A stretch of DNA of 62,937 nucleotides, filler included, from Octopus bimaculoides (lineage: Eukaryota), in assembly GCF_001194135.2 (NCBI RefSeq). It is 6 parts of 6 records of this genome, joined end to end, with 100 filler letters (N's around TTAATTAATTAA, not from the genome) between each part and the next. Parts side by side here need not be neighbours in the genome. Positions count along the whole stretch, not along the records: positions 1 to 14,691 come from NC_068986.1; positions 14,792 to 27,557 come from NC_068987.1; 4 more parts are not named here. One strand, given 5' to 3'. The stretch's first letter is position 1. Every line of letters starts with the position of its first letter. The notes under the pieces were generated by a model, which saw only the letters and a program-made list of their open reading frames with translations, was not told the DNA's origin and searched no databases. Made by a program: the position numbers and the translations under genes. Positions 13,373-27,280 of this stretch are shown here, in pieces.

Positions 13373-14691
13373 AGCGGGGCTTATCCCGTGGTTCCGTTCT
13401 CATAATTGTTTCGCTAATCCAATAACAACAATACAAAGTATGTAGCCCTTAAAACGGTTTTTGTGCATTTACAGAGAACAGCGGACTGTCTTACACAAGA
13501 TCTCGTTTTTGGGAATTCCCCAATAAGTTATGAATACCCAAACTGTGAAGTCAGTTATGTAATAACATGAAATTAGTTACCCGATAGTAAGAATTCAAAT
13601 AAAGTAGTTCCCAAAATGGCTTTAATGCGTTCCCAGAGTATATAGAACTTAGGCGGAAATACTAACAAGGTATGTATACTAAAATCTTGAAGCATGTTAC
13701 GTAATATCAGGCTAATCAGATATGAGATAATAACAATTCAAAGTAAATAACTCTGAAAAGGGCTTTTGTGCGTTCGCAGAGACTATTACCCCCAGCGGCG
13801 CTAGTGTTGGTATATTAGTGAATAAGTCACTAACCGAAATAAGTGGATCTGTTGTTTAGGAAAATACTATTTATTGTTTCAGGGTTGTATTGGATAAATT
13901 GCGAAAATAATTCTAACAGTTCAAATACTAAGAAATAAGCATGCTCAATTTGATTTATACCAAATCATTTAGGAAAATGAATGGGTTATTTCTTTTGGCT
14001 GTTAAAATCTGGGCGAATGGATTATTTCCCTTCGCTGTTAAAGTGAAATATATTATACTTATATATATNNNNNNNNNNNNNNNNNNNNNNNNNNNNNNNN
14101 NNNNNNNNNNNNNNNNNNNNNNNNNNNNNNNNNNNNNNNNNNNNNNNNNNNNNNNNNNNNNNNNNNNNNNNNNNNNNNNNNNNNNNNNNNNNNNNNNNNN
14201 NNNNNNNNNNNNNNNNNNNNNNNNNNNNNNNNNNNNNNNNNNNNNNNNNNNNNNNNNNNNNNNNNNNNNNNNNNNNNNNNNNNNNNNNNNNNNNNNNNNN
14301 NNNNNNNNNNNNNNNNNNNNNNNNNNNNNNNTATATATATATGTATGTATATATAAGGATCCCTTCCAACGCCCTATTATCGATTTTTTTCAACAATCTG
14401 AGCATGCCATGGGGTTTCCAGACATGAGTTCTACTCATGTGTCAAGTTTCAACAAAATCGATAAAACGATGTAGGAGGAATTAGCTAACAACTCCACTAA
14501 CACACCCATAGACAGAATTCCCAACATATGTAGTAGATATGTGTATGTATATGTGTTTGTGCGTGTGTGTGTTTATGTGTATGTATGTGTGTGTATGTAC
14601 ACTTGCGCAGTGCATGTACACGTAAGCATATTTGTGTATAGACATACATATATACTTGTAAATATACTTATATATATATATATATATATAT

Positions 14692-14791
14692 NNNNNNNNN
14701 NNNNNNNNNNNNNNNNNNNNNNNNNNNNNNNNNNNTTAATTAATTAANNNNNNNNNNNNNNNNNNNNNNNNNNNNNNNNNNNNNNNNNNNN
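14692..14791. other. Artificial 100-bp scaffolding spacer N44-TTAATTAATTAA-N44 (also 27558-27657, 36178-36277, 48270-48369, 54286-54385)
   Basis: Identical 12-mer with stops in all six frames, centred in 44+44 N, five times. Confidence 0.95.
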
Positions 14792-15057
14792 AACGATCCC
14801 ACTCGAAAGATTTCATGTGTCACCCGCACAAGAGCCAGTCCAGGGGCACTGGCAACGATCCCGCTCGAAACATTTCATGTGTCTCCCGCACATGAGCCAG
14901 TCCAGGGGCACTGGCAACGATCCCGCTTGAAACATTTCATGTGTCATCCGCACAAGAGCCAGTCCAGGGGCACTGGCAACGATCCCGCTCGAAACATTTC
15001 ATGTGTCACCCGCACAAGAGCCAGTCCAGGGGCACTGGCAACGGTCTCGCTCGAAAG
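14792..15057. repeat. 62-bp minisatellite, about 4.3 copies, truncated by a gap
   Basis: Units start at 14792, 14854, 14916, 14978, 15040 (AACGATCCCGCTCGAAACATTTCATGTGTCACCCGCACAAGAGCCAGTCCAGGGGCACTGGC). Confidence 0.95.
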
Positions 15058-15519
15058 ATATATATGTACATATACACACATACATAAGCATATGCACACA
15101 TTAACACATTATTTTAAAGAATAACAAGAAACTAACATTAATTGTAGACTATGCATCCAGCTGTAAGATACTAATGAGAAAATCATTTTTAGCTGACCAG
15201 ACCAACAAAGACAATATATCCATAGGCAGGACCTAAGTAGGTAGTTTCTGTGGGAGAAGACAGAAGGGGCTTATATGGCTTTATCAGGGGAGAAAGGATA
15301 ATGTTTATGCCCTTTTTCCATGCCTCTAAGGCTGGTGAGAGCAAGAAGTTAACCGAAAATAAAAATCATAGCCTGAATATTTGCAACAACAGAATGGATT
15401 CTACCAAAGATAGTCAAGGACCTGGTATCTGTGTAAAATCAAGCAATGGATTGATTCTTTTGATACCTGACCCTTGCTGTGACTGCCCCTGGTTCTCTAA
15501 TACAAATTTCCTGTTTTGA

Positions 15520-16017
15520 GCCTTTAGCATTCAGATTACTCCATTAACCCATAAACTTCTGGGATTTTGCTGTATGTAATACGAACTGCTGAGCCTATTT
15601 TGGGTAAAGGTCAACATCGATCTATCAATCAAAAAAAAAATACTCAGTGTTTCTTAACATCTTCTGTGATTGGCTACACTGTTTCTGGGGTGAAAGGGTA
15701 TCATGTGCATACATTATATGTCATCAAAATTAGGTCAGATCATGCCCTACTTCTGTGGCCACGCACGTGGCCTGTTGCACTGTTGCGTTGGCCACTGAGG
15801 TGGCCTATCGCAGTTTATGGGTTAAACATAATGCTTCTTTACTCACATAGTTTTGAATTAATCATACATTATCACCTGGCTTTGAGAGTATGATAATATG
15901 ATTGTTTATTTTTAGAATGACATTGTAAAGTAATTGTGAGAAGATGGGTGTGGTTGGTTTGAAAATAAAGCAGGTAAAATATTTGGCTTGGATATGGCCA
16001 GTTTAAATGCTAAAGGG
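15520..16017. mobile_element. piggyBac-like MITE
   Basis: TIR GCCTTTAGCATT / AATGCTAAAGGG followed by TTAA on the right. The left TTAA is degenerate. Confidence 0.55.
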
Positions 16018-16244
16018 TTAAAGTGATTGAAATTTAAAAATTGGTGGTGGTGGCAGTGGGTGGTGGATGTGGTGGTGATGTCTACCAAGAGCAATTAATA
16101 ATTTCTATTTTTTTATCACACCCCAAGAGGCTCAGGTCAGTACAAGCATGAAATACAAAAAGAAGGAAAAGAAACAGGGACAGGGGAGCGGTAGTTTATA
16201 TAAATAAAAAACAGCTAAATCAAATATAATAATAATAATAATAA

Positions 16245-16460
16245 CCCTTTCTACTATGAGCACAAGGACTGAAATTTGGTGGGAGGGGGAATAGTTGATT
16301 ACATCGACCCCAGTGTTTGACTGGTACTTATTTTTATTAACCCCGAAAGGAAGAAAGCCAAAGTCAACTCCAGCAGTGTTTGAACTCAGAACACGAAGAC
16401 AGACAAAACACCACTAAGTACTTTGCCTCAGTGTGCTAACGATTCTGCCAGCTCGTTGCC
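16245..16460 (-). mobile_element. Family 1 SINE
   Basis: Reverse complement of the family 1 consensus. Confidence 0.8.
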
Positions 16461-16481
16461 TAATCATAATTTGTGCTTATA

Positions 16482-16719
16482 ATAATTGGTGCACTAAGAA
16501 CTGTAAGCAAAGATATGGATAAATGTTTCGAGGAGATTGACAAAGAATGCCCTGTAGAGCTTCAACAGAAAGTTTGCCTCTTAGGGACAGAAAAGATTAT
16601 CAGGAGGGTCTTAAGCACTTGAAAGACTATTGGAAACTTGTGGATACCTAAGGTTACAGGTAGTAACCCACTACCCTCGTAAATTTTACCAGGAATAAGT
16701 ACAAACCTGAGTCAAATCA

Positions 16720-16776
<57 letters not shown>
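16482..16776 (+). mobile_element. R4/Dong-like retrotransposon 3' end #1 with (AAT)n tail
   Basis: IIGALRTVSKDMDKCFEEIDKECPVELQQKVCLLGTEKIIRRVLST* (16482-16622) fits the R4/Dong C-terminal pattern IGALG...QK..LLGT..I.R..L. Followed by a UTR and (AAT)n. Confidence 0.8.
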
Positions 16777-16778
<2 letters not shown>

Positions 16779-17023
16779 TCCTATCATAGTAGGTGCCTTA
16801 GGTATAATAAAAAAATATTCAGACAAATACATAACAAAAACACCAGGACTTACAAATATATATAACATACAGAAAATTGCACTACTGGGTACTGCACACA
16901 TTTTACGCAAAACACTTTCAATACAGTAAACATAAGAGCACCACAGCAAACCACAGCACATACCCAAGGCGCACAGAGCTGCGCTCGGTAGTGAAGTGAA
17001 AGCACGTTATAAAAATAAAACTA

Positions 17024-17060
<37 letters not shown>
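16777..17060 (+). mobile_element. R4/Dong-like retrotransposon 3' end #2 with (AAT)n tail
   Basis: IPIIVGALGIIKKYSDKYITKTPGLTNIYNIQKIALLGTAHILRKTLSIQ* (16777-16929), no internal stop, then UTR and (AAT)n. Confidence 0.85.
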
Positions 17061-17062
<2 letters not shown>

Positions 17063-17084
17063 GGACAAGTTAATAAATATATAA

Positions 17085-17640
17085 CCCATGCCAACCTCTT
17101 CTTCATTGGACACTAAACTCTGCTTGCGAAGACCTGTTGGGCCAAGTGAAATTGTAATTGAACCATACTCGATGACTGGCACCTGCGCCAGTGGAGCACT
17201 AGCAGCACTGTCCGAGCGTGTCCATTGCCAGAGCAGCTGTCTGGCTTCTGTGCTAGTGGCCCGTAAATAGCACCATTTGAGCATAATCGTTACCAGCATT
17301 GCCTTCTAGCACTTGTGCTGGTGGCACGTTAGAAAATCATTCGAGCGAGGTTGTTGCCAGTGCTGCTGGACTGGCTCCTGTGCAGGTGGCATGTAAAAAA
17401 CACCTTTTTGAGCATGGCCATTGCCAGTACTGCCTGACTGGCCCTTGTGCCGGTGGCACGTAAAAGCACACACTACACTCTTGGAGTGGTTGGCGTTAGG
17501 AAGGGCATCCAGCTGTAGAAACTCTGCCAAATCAGATTGGAGCCTGGTGCAGCCTTCTGGCTTGCCAGTCCTCAGTCAAATCGTCCAACCCATGCTAGCA
17601 TGGAAAGCAGACGTTAAACGATGATGATGATGATGATGAT
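17085..17640 (+). mobile_element. RTE-tailed SINE or short RTE derivative (family 3) with degenerate internal tandem units and (GAT)n tail
   Basis: 3' part GGTTGGCGTTAGGAAGGGCATCCAGCTGTAGAAAC...CCAACCCATGCTAGCATGGAAAG..ACGTTAAACGATGATG, shared with 20560-20776 and 19680-19870. Confidence 0.75.
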
Positions 17641-17974
17641 AACAATAAATAGTAAGAACAATATAGAGCAAGAAAATAACAACAAACAACAAGTAAAGAC
17701 TCTCCAAATTTGGTGCACTTCAAACAACCCTTGATTACATCCTCCCCACCAAAAGCAAGTACTTTCCCTTATTTCTTGCTAACTAGTTATAGCTGCAAAT
17801 TAGAGTCCCCTCAAGCGTTTTGAATGCCAAAGGCTTTGTATCATTGGCAGGAGGTCAAACAATTTCTATGAGACAGAGTATAAGACTGGAAAATGTTCAC
17901 AATTTTCTCCAAGACATTTTCGGCATTAAATGTAGTCAGAGAAGAGATCCCGTCACCTCGTGCAACTACTCTTT

Positions 17975-18390
17975 ACTCTTTTACTCTTTTACTTGTTTCA
18001 GTCTTTTGACTGTGGCTATGCTGGAGCACCGCCTTTAGTCGAGCAAATCGACCCCCAGGACTTATACTTTAGAAGCCTAGTACTTATTCTATCAGTCTCT
18101 TTTGCCGAACCTCTAAGTTACGGGGACATAAACACACCAGCATCGGTTGTCAAGCGATGTTGTGGGGGGACAAACACAGACACACAAACACATACACACA
18201 TACATATATATATACATATATACGACGGGCTTCTTTCAGTTTCCATCTACCAAATCCACTCACAGGGCTTTGGTCGGCCCGAGGCTATAGTAGAAGACAC
18301 TTGCCCAAGATGCCACGCAGTGGGACTGAACCCGGGACCATGTGGTTGGTAAGCAAGCTACTTACCACACAGCCACTCCTACGCCTACTG
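17975..18390 (-). mobile_element. Family 2 SINE
   Basis: Reverse complement of the 8165-8645 family. Confidence 0.85.
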
Positions 18391-18437
18391 GTAATATAGT
18401 TAACAGAAACGATGATACTGATGATGTTAATCATTAT

Positions 18438-18701
18438 CAGTGGTTCTCAACTATATTTTGCCTATGGACCCCTTGATTCCAATTTTACTCCACTGGACCC
18501 CCATCGCTATTGAATGTTTTAAAAAAAGTCCTATTATATTTTCATAATTAAATATTTTCAGGAATTGTATAAAAAAATTGTTAAAATATTTTGTGTATTA
18601 TAGATGTAAAAGCAATTTATTTGCACATAAATTTCAACAACAAAATTTTATATGGCCCCCTCTCTCCCCTAAGGGCCATGAACCCTTGTTGAGAACTACT
18701 G
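18438..18701. mobile_element. hAT-superfamily MITE (264 bp)
   Basis: TIRs CAGTGGTTCTCAAC / GTTGAGAACTACTG with a perfect 8-bp TSD ATCATTAT (18430-18437, 18702-18709). A partial copy lies at about 21268-21327. Confidence 0.93.
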
Positions 18702-19050
18702 ATCATTATGATGATAAATGTGAAGATTATGATGATGCGGATGAAGAGGAGGCATAGAGTAAAATGCTACCAGTAACAAAGGTAATAGCTACCGCTGTGG
18801 TTTTTTTTATAAGATTGGTATTGTTAAATTATATACAAAGCTTAAGTTTTTCTGTATTGATTCTTGTATTGGTGATGTTCTTTTCTGCATTACTATCATC
18901 ATCACCACCACCACCACCACAGCCATCATCATCATTATTATTATCTTAATGGTATATTTGTATATTCATACAAACGCCAAATATATGCACATAAACATAT
19001 ATAGAGATATATATATATATGAATATATATATATACACACACACACATAT

Positions 19051-19135
<85 letters not shown>

Positions 19136-19203
19136 NNNNNNNNNNNNNNNNNNNNNNNNNNNNNNNNNNNNNNNNNNNNNNNNNNNNNNNNNNNNNNNNN
19201 NNN

Positions 19204-19262
<59 letters not shown>

Positions 19263-19679
19263 TGTGTTTGCAAAGCTTCAATCCATTGAAAAATCAATCG
19301 GTGTGAAATCAATGTATCGATTTAATTATATAGGCACCACCACATACATGTACACACAGACACACATGCACAGAAACTCACACAGACTCACATACACGTC
19401 AATCTATGATAAATCTTATTAAGCTTTATTTATGTTGCCTTGTGTAATCGACAGGTCAGTGTTCTATACAGTTTCTTTGTTTCCCTTTCCTTTACAAAGT
19501 AAGAGTAATGAGGTGAGCTTTTATCATTTTTCCATCGTTAGGGCAGTGAACTGGCAGAATCTGGCTAGTGCTTCAGACAAAACAGCTTTGCCGTATTTAA
19601 TTTCAGTGCTTTATGTTCTGAGTTCAAATCCCACCTTGAGTTAGAAATTGTTATTTTCTTTCATACATCTTACCATCAT

Positions 19680-19870
19680 CATGATCATTATCACCATCAT
19701 CATCATATAATGTCTGTCTTCCATGCTGGCATGGGTTGAATGGTTTGACCAGAGCTTGTAAGGCCAGGGGGATGCACTAGACTCCATTGTCTGTTCTGGC
19801 ATGGTTTCTTTGGTTGGATGCCCTTCCTAATGCCAACCACTCCACAGAGTGTACTGGGTGCTTTTTATAT
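19680..19870 (-). mobile_element. Family 3 RTE-type tail
   Basis: Reverse complement of the family 3 3' end, with (ATC)n. Confidence 0.7.
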
Positions 19871-20006
19871 TGGAGCATGTTGTGATAAATTAACGAATAT
19901 TTATTGTTAGTACTGTGATTTTTGTCTCTGCCTTTTATATTCTAAATTCAAATCCTGTTGTGGCTAATTTTGCCATCAGTTAGATTTTATTAAATTTCTT
20001 TCATAC

Positions 20007-20776
20007 ACTTGTGTGGGACTGTCGTAGGATTTTCGAGCGAGATCGTTGCCAGTGCCCCTGGATTGGCTCATGTGCGGGCGACACATGAAATCTTCCGAGC
20101 GGGATCGTTGCCAGTGCCCCTGGGCTGGCTCTTGTGCGGGTGACACATGAGGTTTTTCGAGCGAGATCGTTGCCAGTGCCCCTGGACTGGCTCATGNNNN
20201 NNNNNNNNNNNNNNNNNNNNNNNNNNNNNNNNNNNNNNNNNNNNNNNNNNNNNNNNNNNNNNNNNNNNNNNNNNNNNNNNNNNNNNNNNNNNNNNNNNNN
20301 NNNNNNNNNNNNNNNNNNNNNNNNNNNNNNNNNNNNNNNNNNNNNNNNNNNNNNNNNNNNNNNNNNNNNNNNNNNNNNNNNNNNNNNNNNNNNNNNACTT
20401 GTGTGGGACTGTCGTAGGATTTTCGAGCGAGATCGTTGCCAGTGCCCCTGGATTGGCTCATGTGCGGGCGACACATGAAATCTTCCGAGCGGGATCGTTG
20501 CCAGTGCCCCTGGGCTGGCTCTTGTGCGGGTGACACATGAGGTTTCTCGAGCGAGATGAGGGTGGCCATTGCCAGTACCGCCTGACTGGCCTTCGTGCGG
20601 GTGACACGTAAAAGCACCTACTACACTCTCTGAGTGGTTGGCGTTAGGAAGGGCATCCAGCTGTAGAAACTCTGCCAAATCAGATTGGAGCCTGGTGTAG
20701 CCATCTGGTTTCACCAGTCCTCAGTCAAATCGTCCAACCCATGCTAGCATGGAAAGCGGACGTTAAACGACGACGA
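20007..20776 (+). mobile_element. Family 3 element with 62-bp minisatellite array (opposite orientation to 14792-15057), interrupted by a 200-N gap
   Basis: Units GATCGTTGCCAGTGCCCCTGGRYTGGCTC.TGTGCGGG.GACACATGA run into the family 3 tail. Confidence 0.85.
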
Positions 20777-20782
20777 CACTTA

Positions 20783-21051
20783 TCTATAATAATAAATGTA
20801 AAATTCTGTCTGTCCTTCTATCCAGGACCCCTGTATCTCAGTCTGCATTTGCTCTACGTAGACAAATTATACCTTTTTGGAATCAGGATAATCCTGGGAT
20901 TGAAAATCTGCCCTTAATTTGGTTCTTGAACATTCAGCAGTAGGATCAGGTCTGTATGAGGATTTGTTGTATGCTAACAATTGAAAATACAAATTTCGAA
21001 AGAACTCTAAAAACTTGTGAAAGTCCACAGAGAGTGCAGCTTTTAAGCTAG
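20783..21051 (+). mobile_element. Possible non-autonomous Helitron-like element
   Basis: Starts A|TCTATAATAATAAATGTAAAATTCTGTCTGTC. A CTAG near 21048 lacks a convincing hairpin. Confidence 0.35.
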
Positions 21052-21329
21052 GGATAAATAAATTAATGTTTTTGTGGTTTTTGTCTCTGCTTTTACATTC
21101 TGAGTTAAAATGCCACCAAGGTTATCTTTACTTTCTATCCATCCAGGATCAACAAAATGAAGTGCCAGTCAAATACTGTGGTTGATTTAATCAACTAAAT
21201 CTCTCCTTACGAATTTCACATATTGTGCCTATATTACAGCGTGTTGCAAAAAGAAACTCCCATTCACCATTTATTTGCACATAAATTTCAACAACAAAAT
21301 TTTATATGGCCCTCACTCCCCTAAGGGAG

Positions 21330-21500
21330 GTAGGCCCCAAAACGGCACGCATTCTCTCCTGATGATCCCCATACACTTGCTGGCTTCCGGTATGCGGAGT
21401 TCTCGACTGGTAGGACTTGCATGTGCGAGTTGTTTGCAAGACATTCTTGATAAACATTTCAACAGCAAACACATAGTGTTCATCAATTTCAACCATAATG
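21330..21500 (-). mobile_element. Tc1/mariner-like transposase N-terminal relic (DUF4817-like HTH)
   Basis: MVEIDEHYVFAVEMFIKN resembles the EH.AFAVE.(F/Y)..N start of this transposase type. Confidence 0.45.
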
Positions 21501-21559
21501 GTAATTGAAAATAGACAAACAAATAAAGGCTACCTTCATGAAGACAGCATGCCTAACCT

Positions 21560-21745
21560 CTCTGGAACCATACTATGGAAGGTTTTTTTCACTCACACTC
21601 TGTAGAAACAAGGAAGAGGGAAACCCAGGAAGACATAGGATGAAGTATCAATGGCTGATCTCAAACTGCTGAGCCTTATAGAGAAGATGACAGAGGACTG
21701 AGATATGTGGTGCATTGTTGTACACTAGAAGACCCACCCACCACA
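21560..21745 (+). mobile_element. RTE LINE 3' coding end relic
   Basis: GRGKPRKT*.EV...DL..L.L...MT.D....W pattern of RTE RT C-termini. Confidence 0.6.
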
Positions 21746-22070
21746 GCAGAATTGAGATCCTAAAACCAAGGTGCCACGTAAAAAGCACCCAGTACACTCT
21801 GTAAAGTGGTTGGCATTAGGAAGGATATCTAGCTTTAGAAACCAAGCCAAAACAGACTATGGGACCTGGTGCAGCTCCTGCATACATGCAATAATTATAA
21901 TTTAGCTTTTATCAAATGAATACTAATTTTCAAAAGACAAATATCTAAAATAAAATGAAATAAAACAAATTTCCTAATTGTATATTTGCAATAAATATTC
22001 ATTATTTTTGTCAACATAATTACAATCTGCTCCATGAAAACCTATCTCAGCAAAAATTCATTTAAAAAAT

Positions 22071-22107
<37 letters not shown>

Positions 22108-24531
22108 NNNNNNNNNNCTCTCAGTATCCCTTTTTCACTCTTTTTCCCCTTTCTCTCTATACAATATAAGCATGACTGGAGAAATCAATCAACCAAAGAA
22201 TTAAATTCAAGCTGGCTATTATTATACTGTTATTATATAGTGCTTAATATATTTTCCAACATTTTTATGCGAGTTTCTACTGAATTCCCAAGTGCCCCTT
22301 TATGTTTTTGAGATGCAAGTAACATTGCCTTTTAGTGATGTTTACTTGTGTGGGATTTAGTTAGTTATTTCTAGTGTTATTGTTAACATTTCATCTGTTG
22401 GATAAATACTAAGGGAGGATTTGAACTCAGAATGCAAAACTCCAGAACAAACACTGCAAGGTATCCTGACCAATGCTAATGAATCCACCAGTCCACTACT
22501 CCAGATTGTTATATTATCAACCTCAGAAAGATGCAATTGCAAAGTTCACATCAGCAGGATTTGAGCATGCAAGGATTTAGATTAAATGACCAGTACCATG
22601 TCTCACAAACTTAATGGAATGACAAGCAAAGTCAAGACCAGAGTGATGTTAAATAATACTATAAAGAGACAGAACTTAATAACATGCTCATATATTGTTT
22701 GCAACAAAAAAGGAAGAAGCTACACGTATAACACATAACTTAGAAGCAGCGCCACAGATGTACCAACACAACACACACGAGATTGAAACATAGCCGACCT
22801 CATGCACTTTTCATGAAGAATTCCAGAAGCTTCGTGAGACCACTACTGAGGCGCTTCCGAAAAAAGGAAAACCGTTGGAAAACAGTTTATAGCAGAGGCT
22901 CCAGCAAATAAGATCTGAAGAAGGAATTGTAATTCCGAAATATCATCGGACTATAGATAACCAAGTTACAACAGGTATATAGTCCATTTTTTGTTCTATA
23001 GTGCATTGTTATACCATTCTAAACTTTTTGTTCTTTCAGAACTAAGTGTGTTTAATCCAAAATATTTTTGGTTCTGCTATATCATTACCTTTATTTCTGT
23101 TATAATGTTTTTTCTCTTGACATAAACATGGCTGTTGAGTTAAGAAGTTTGCTTTCTAACGACATGGTATTTTTGGGTTCAGTCTCACAGCACACAACTT
23201 GGATATATGTCATCTATTATAGACACTTATTTCATGTTGCTCCAGTTCAATCACCTAAAAAAAAGGAGTCATACCTGTAATTCAAAGGACCAGCCTTGTC
23301 CTACTTTGTGTCATGCTGAATTTCCCTGAGAACTACATTAAGAACTTGTGTCTGTGGAGTGCTCAGCCACTTGCATGTTAATTTCATGAGCAGGCTGTTC
23401 TGTTGATCAGATCATCTGAAGCCCTTCTCATCACCGTAATCAACAAAATGCTGGTAATGTGTGTATCTTTGTGCATGTACCTCTATGTGTGTGCGTATGC
23501 ATGTGTGAGTGCATGCATGTGTGTATGTGTGTGCACATGTTCGCATGTACATTTGTGTGTGAGTGTGGTATGTGTGAGAGTGTTTATAACATCAAAAAGA
23601 AATACAAAAGCAAACAAACAAATTGCAACCCCACTACAGTCCCAGACCAACCAAAAGCTTGTGAGTGGGTTTGGCAAAGGGAATCAGAGACAAGCCAGAC
23701 ACACACATACATGGGTATGTATATATATCATCATCATCGTCATTTAATGTCCGTTGTCCATGCTGGCATAGGTTGGCATGTATTTATCAAAATATGCAGT
23801 ATCATAGATCCATTGCAGCTGATTTTACCAATTGATTTCACACTAAGTATTGTACAGGATATTAGGTAACCACATGGTCAAGAAATACCATGTGCTCATT
23901 AGAGCCAGCAGGTATGGAAAAAAATAATGGTGACTGCTCTCCATTATCAGAGGTGAAAAAAAACACATCCAGTTTGTGGGTGTAAAAAGATGAAACGAAC
24001 TTAACAAGAGTTATGTCAAGAGCTATGTCCCTTGGCCCTGAAAGTTAGGGGTTGGTACTCATGTAAGATTAGACTGTGTACAGGTATATTATATATGTAA
24101 GCTTGTTTGGTAGGATGGATGCTAGGTATGGGCAGGTGTGTGAACACTTAAGCCCATGTTAGGGCATATATACATCTGTGTTCATTTGTGTCTGCTTGTG
24201 GATAAATACTTCCCCCATACAAATAGGTTCAGTAAAATTTTTAGTAGGCTCATCTTTAACTGCGGCCTAGTATAAAAAAGATATTAGGTGGACCCATACC
24301 TGATACAGAGACAGGATGCAGTAGTCATATTTTTTCCATACCATCCAGCTTTGACAAGCATATGGTACAACTTAACTATGCTGCTATTGAACATCCAGTT
24401 TAATATCCAGTGCAAAATCAATTGGTACAATTGGCCATAAGGATCTATAATACTGTAGTCTTTGTTTAATATATACACTCTGTTGACAAGTACACAAGTG
24501 CATAGTAATTTTGATTTATGGATTCTTAGAC

Positions 24532-25904
<1,373 letters not shown>

Positions 25905-25913
25905 TATATATAT

Positions 25914-26747
25914 ATACGTGGTCTGAGCTATATGTATCTGGACTGTTTCTATACTAACAAAGCTAAAGCACACAGAGTGAAGCTGCATGGCACAGATTGA
26001 CCTTGAACTCTGTTGTGCATGCATACTAAGTTTTAATGTTCTACCTCGCTTCTGCTATTTACAGCAGTGCTTAGAAGGAAGGCATGTAGCGTGTGATTGT
26101 CACATTGACCATGACAGAGAAAGGTGAACAGAGAATCTGCATAAATTTTTGCCAAAAGCTTGGCGATACCTGCTCAGAGACTTATGCAAAGTTTTCAAAA
26201 AGTTTTCATCATTCTTGACACAATTAAGATCTTGTGCAACTGAAACCCAAGTGTCTTTTTGGTCAGCTGAAAGCAGTTATGGCACAACATTGGCAGACAC
26301 GTGTCTCATACCCAGTGATAATGGACTGAACTGAACTGTAACTTATCTGCACATCCTCTGATAACTCACAGATGGTGATTCAACGATTCCCCTCACAGCT
26401 GCACTCACATCTGCAATGTTTCTCTCAGTTCTGCTGGTTGTGGGTCTCCCAAAACGTTTGTCAATAGCGACATTTTCGGCCATCTTGGAAATGTCTGAAA
26501 CACTCAGACACTTGTGTACGGCTCATACACTCCTCTCCACACACTTTCTGCAACTTTGCGTAGGCCTCTGAGCAGGTATCACCATGACAACTTTCTCTGT
26601 CATGGTCAATGCGACAATTGCATGCTATGCACCTTCCTTCCAAGCACTGCTGTAAACAGCAGAAGCGAGCTAGAATGTTAAAACTTAGTGCACATTCACA
26701 GCAGAGTTTAAAGTCAATCTTTGCCAAATGGCTTTACTCTACAAGCT
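25914..26747. mobile_element. Second mariner family relic arranged as two inverted 5' ends
   Basis: Plus arm encodes MTEKGEQRICINFCQKLGDTCSETY. Minus arm encodes GDTCSEAYAKLQKVCGEECMSRTQVSECFRHFQDGR. About 160 bp upstream of ATGACAGAGAAAG is shared in inverted orientation. Confidence 0.85.
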
Positions 26748-27059
26748 TNNNNNNNNNNNNNNNNNNNNNNNNNNNNNNNNNNNNNNNNNNNNNNNNNNNN
26801 NNNNNNNNNNNNNNNNNNNNNNNNNNNNNNNNNNNNNNNNNNNNNNNNNNNNNNNNNNNNNNNNNNNNNNNNNNNNNNNNNNNNNNNNNNNNNNNNNNNN
26901 NNNNNNNNNNNNNNNNNNNNNNNNNNNNNNNNNNNNNNNNNNNNNNNNNNNNNNNNNNNNNNNNNNNNNNNNNNNNNNNNNNNNNNNNNNNNNNNNNNNN
27001 NNNNNNNNNNNNNNNNNNNNNNNNNNNNNNNNNNNNNNNNNNNNNNNNNNNNNNNNNNN

Positions 27060-27260
27060 CGGACGAAATGCTTAACAGTATTTCGTCTGCCGTTACGTTC
27101 TGAGTTCAAATTCCGCCGAGGTCGACTTTACCTTTCATCCTTTCGGGGTCGATTAAAAAAGTACCAGTTACGCACTGGGGTCGATATAATCGACTTAATC
27201 CGTTTGTCTGTCCTTGTTTGTTCCCTCTGTGTGTAGCCCCTTGTGGGTAGTAAAGAAATA
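27060..27260 (+). mobile_element. Family 1 SINE (head in gap)
   Basis: Near-consensus core, same subfamily as 12839-13072. Confidence 0.85.
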
Positions 27261-27280
27261 ACACACACACACACACACAT

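Noticed and set aside
14792-15057. CRISPR-like regular array (also about 20026-20550)
   Set aside because: Units are contiguous 62-bp repeats with no unique spacers, lie in a eukaryotic SINE, and have no cas genes nearby.
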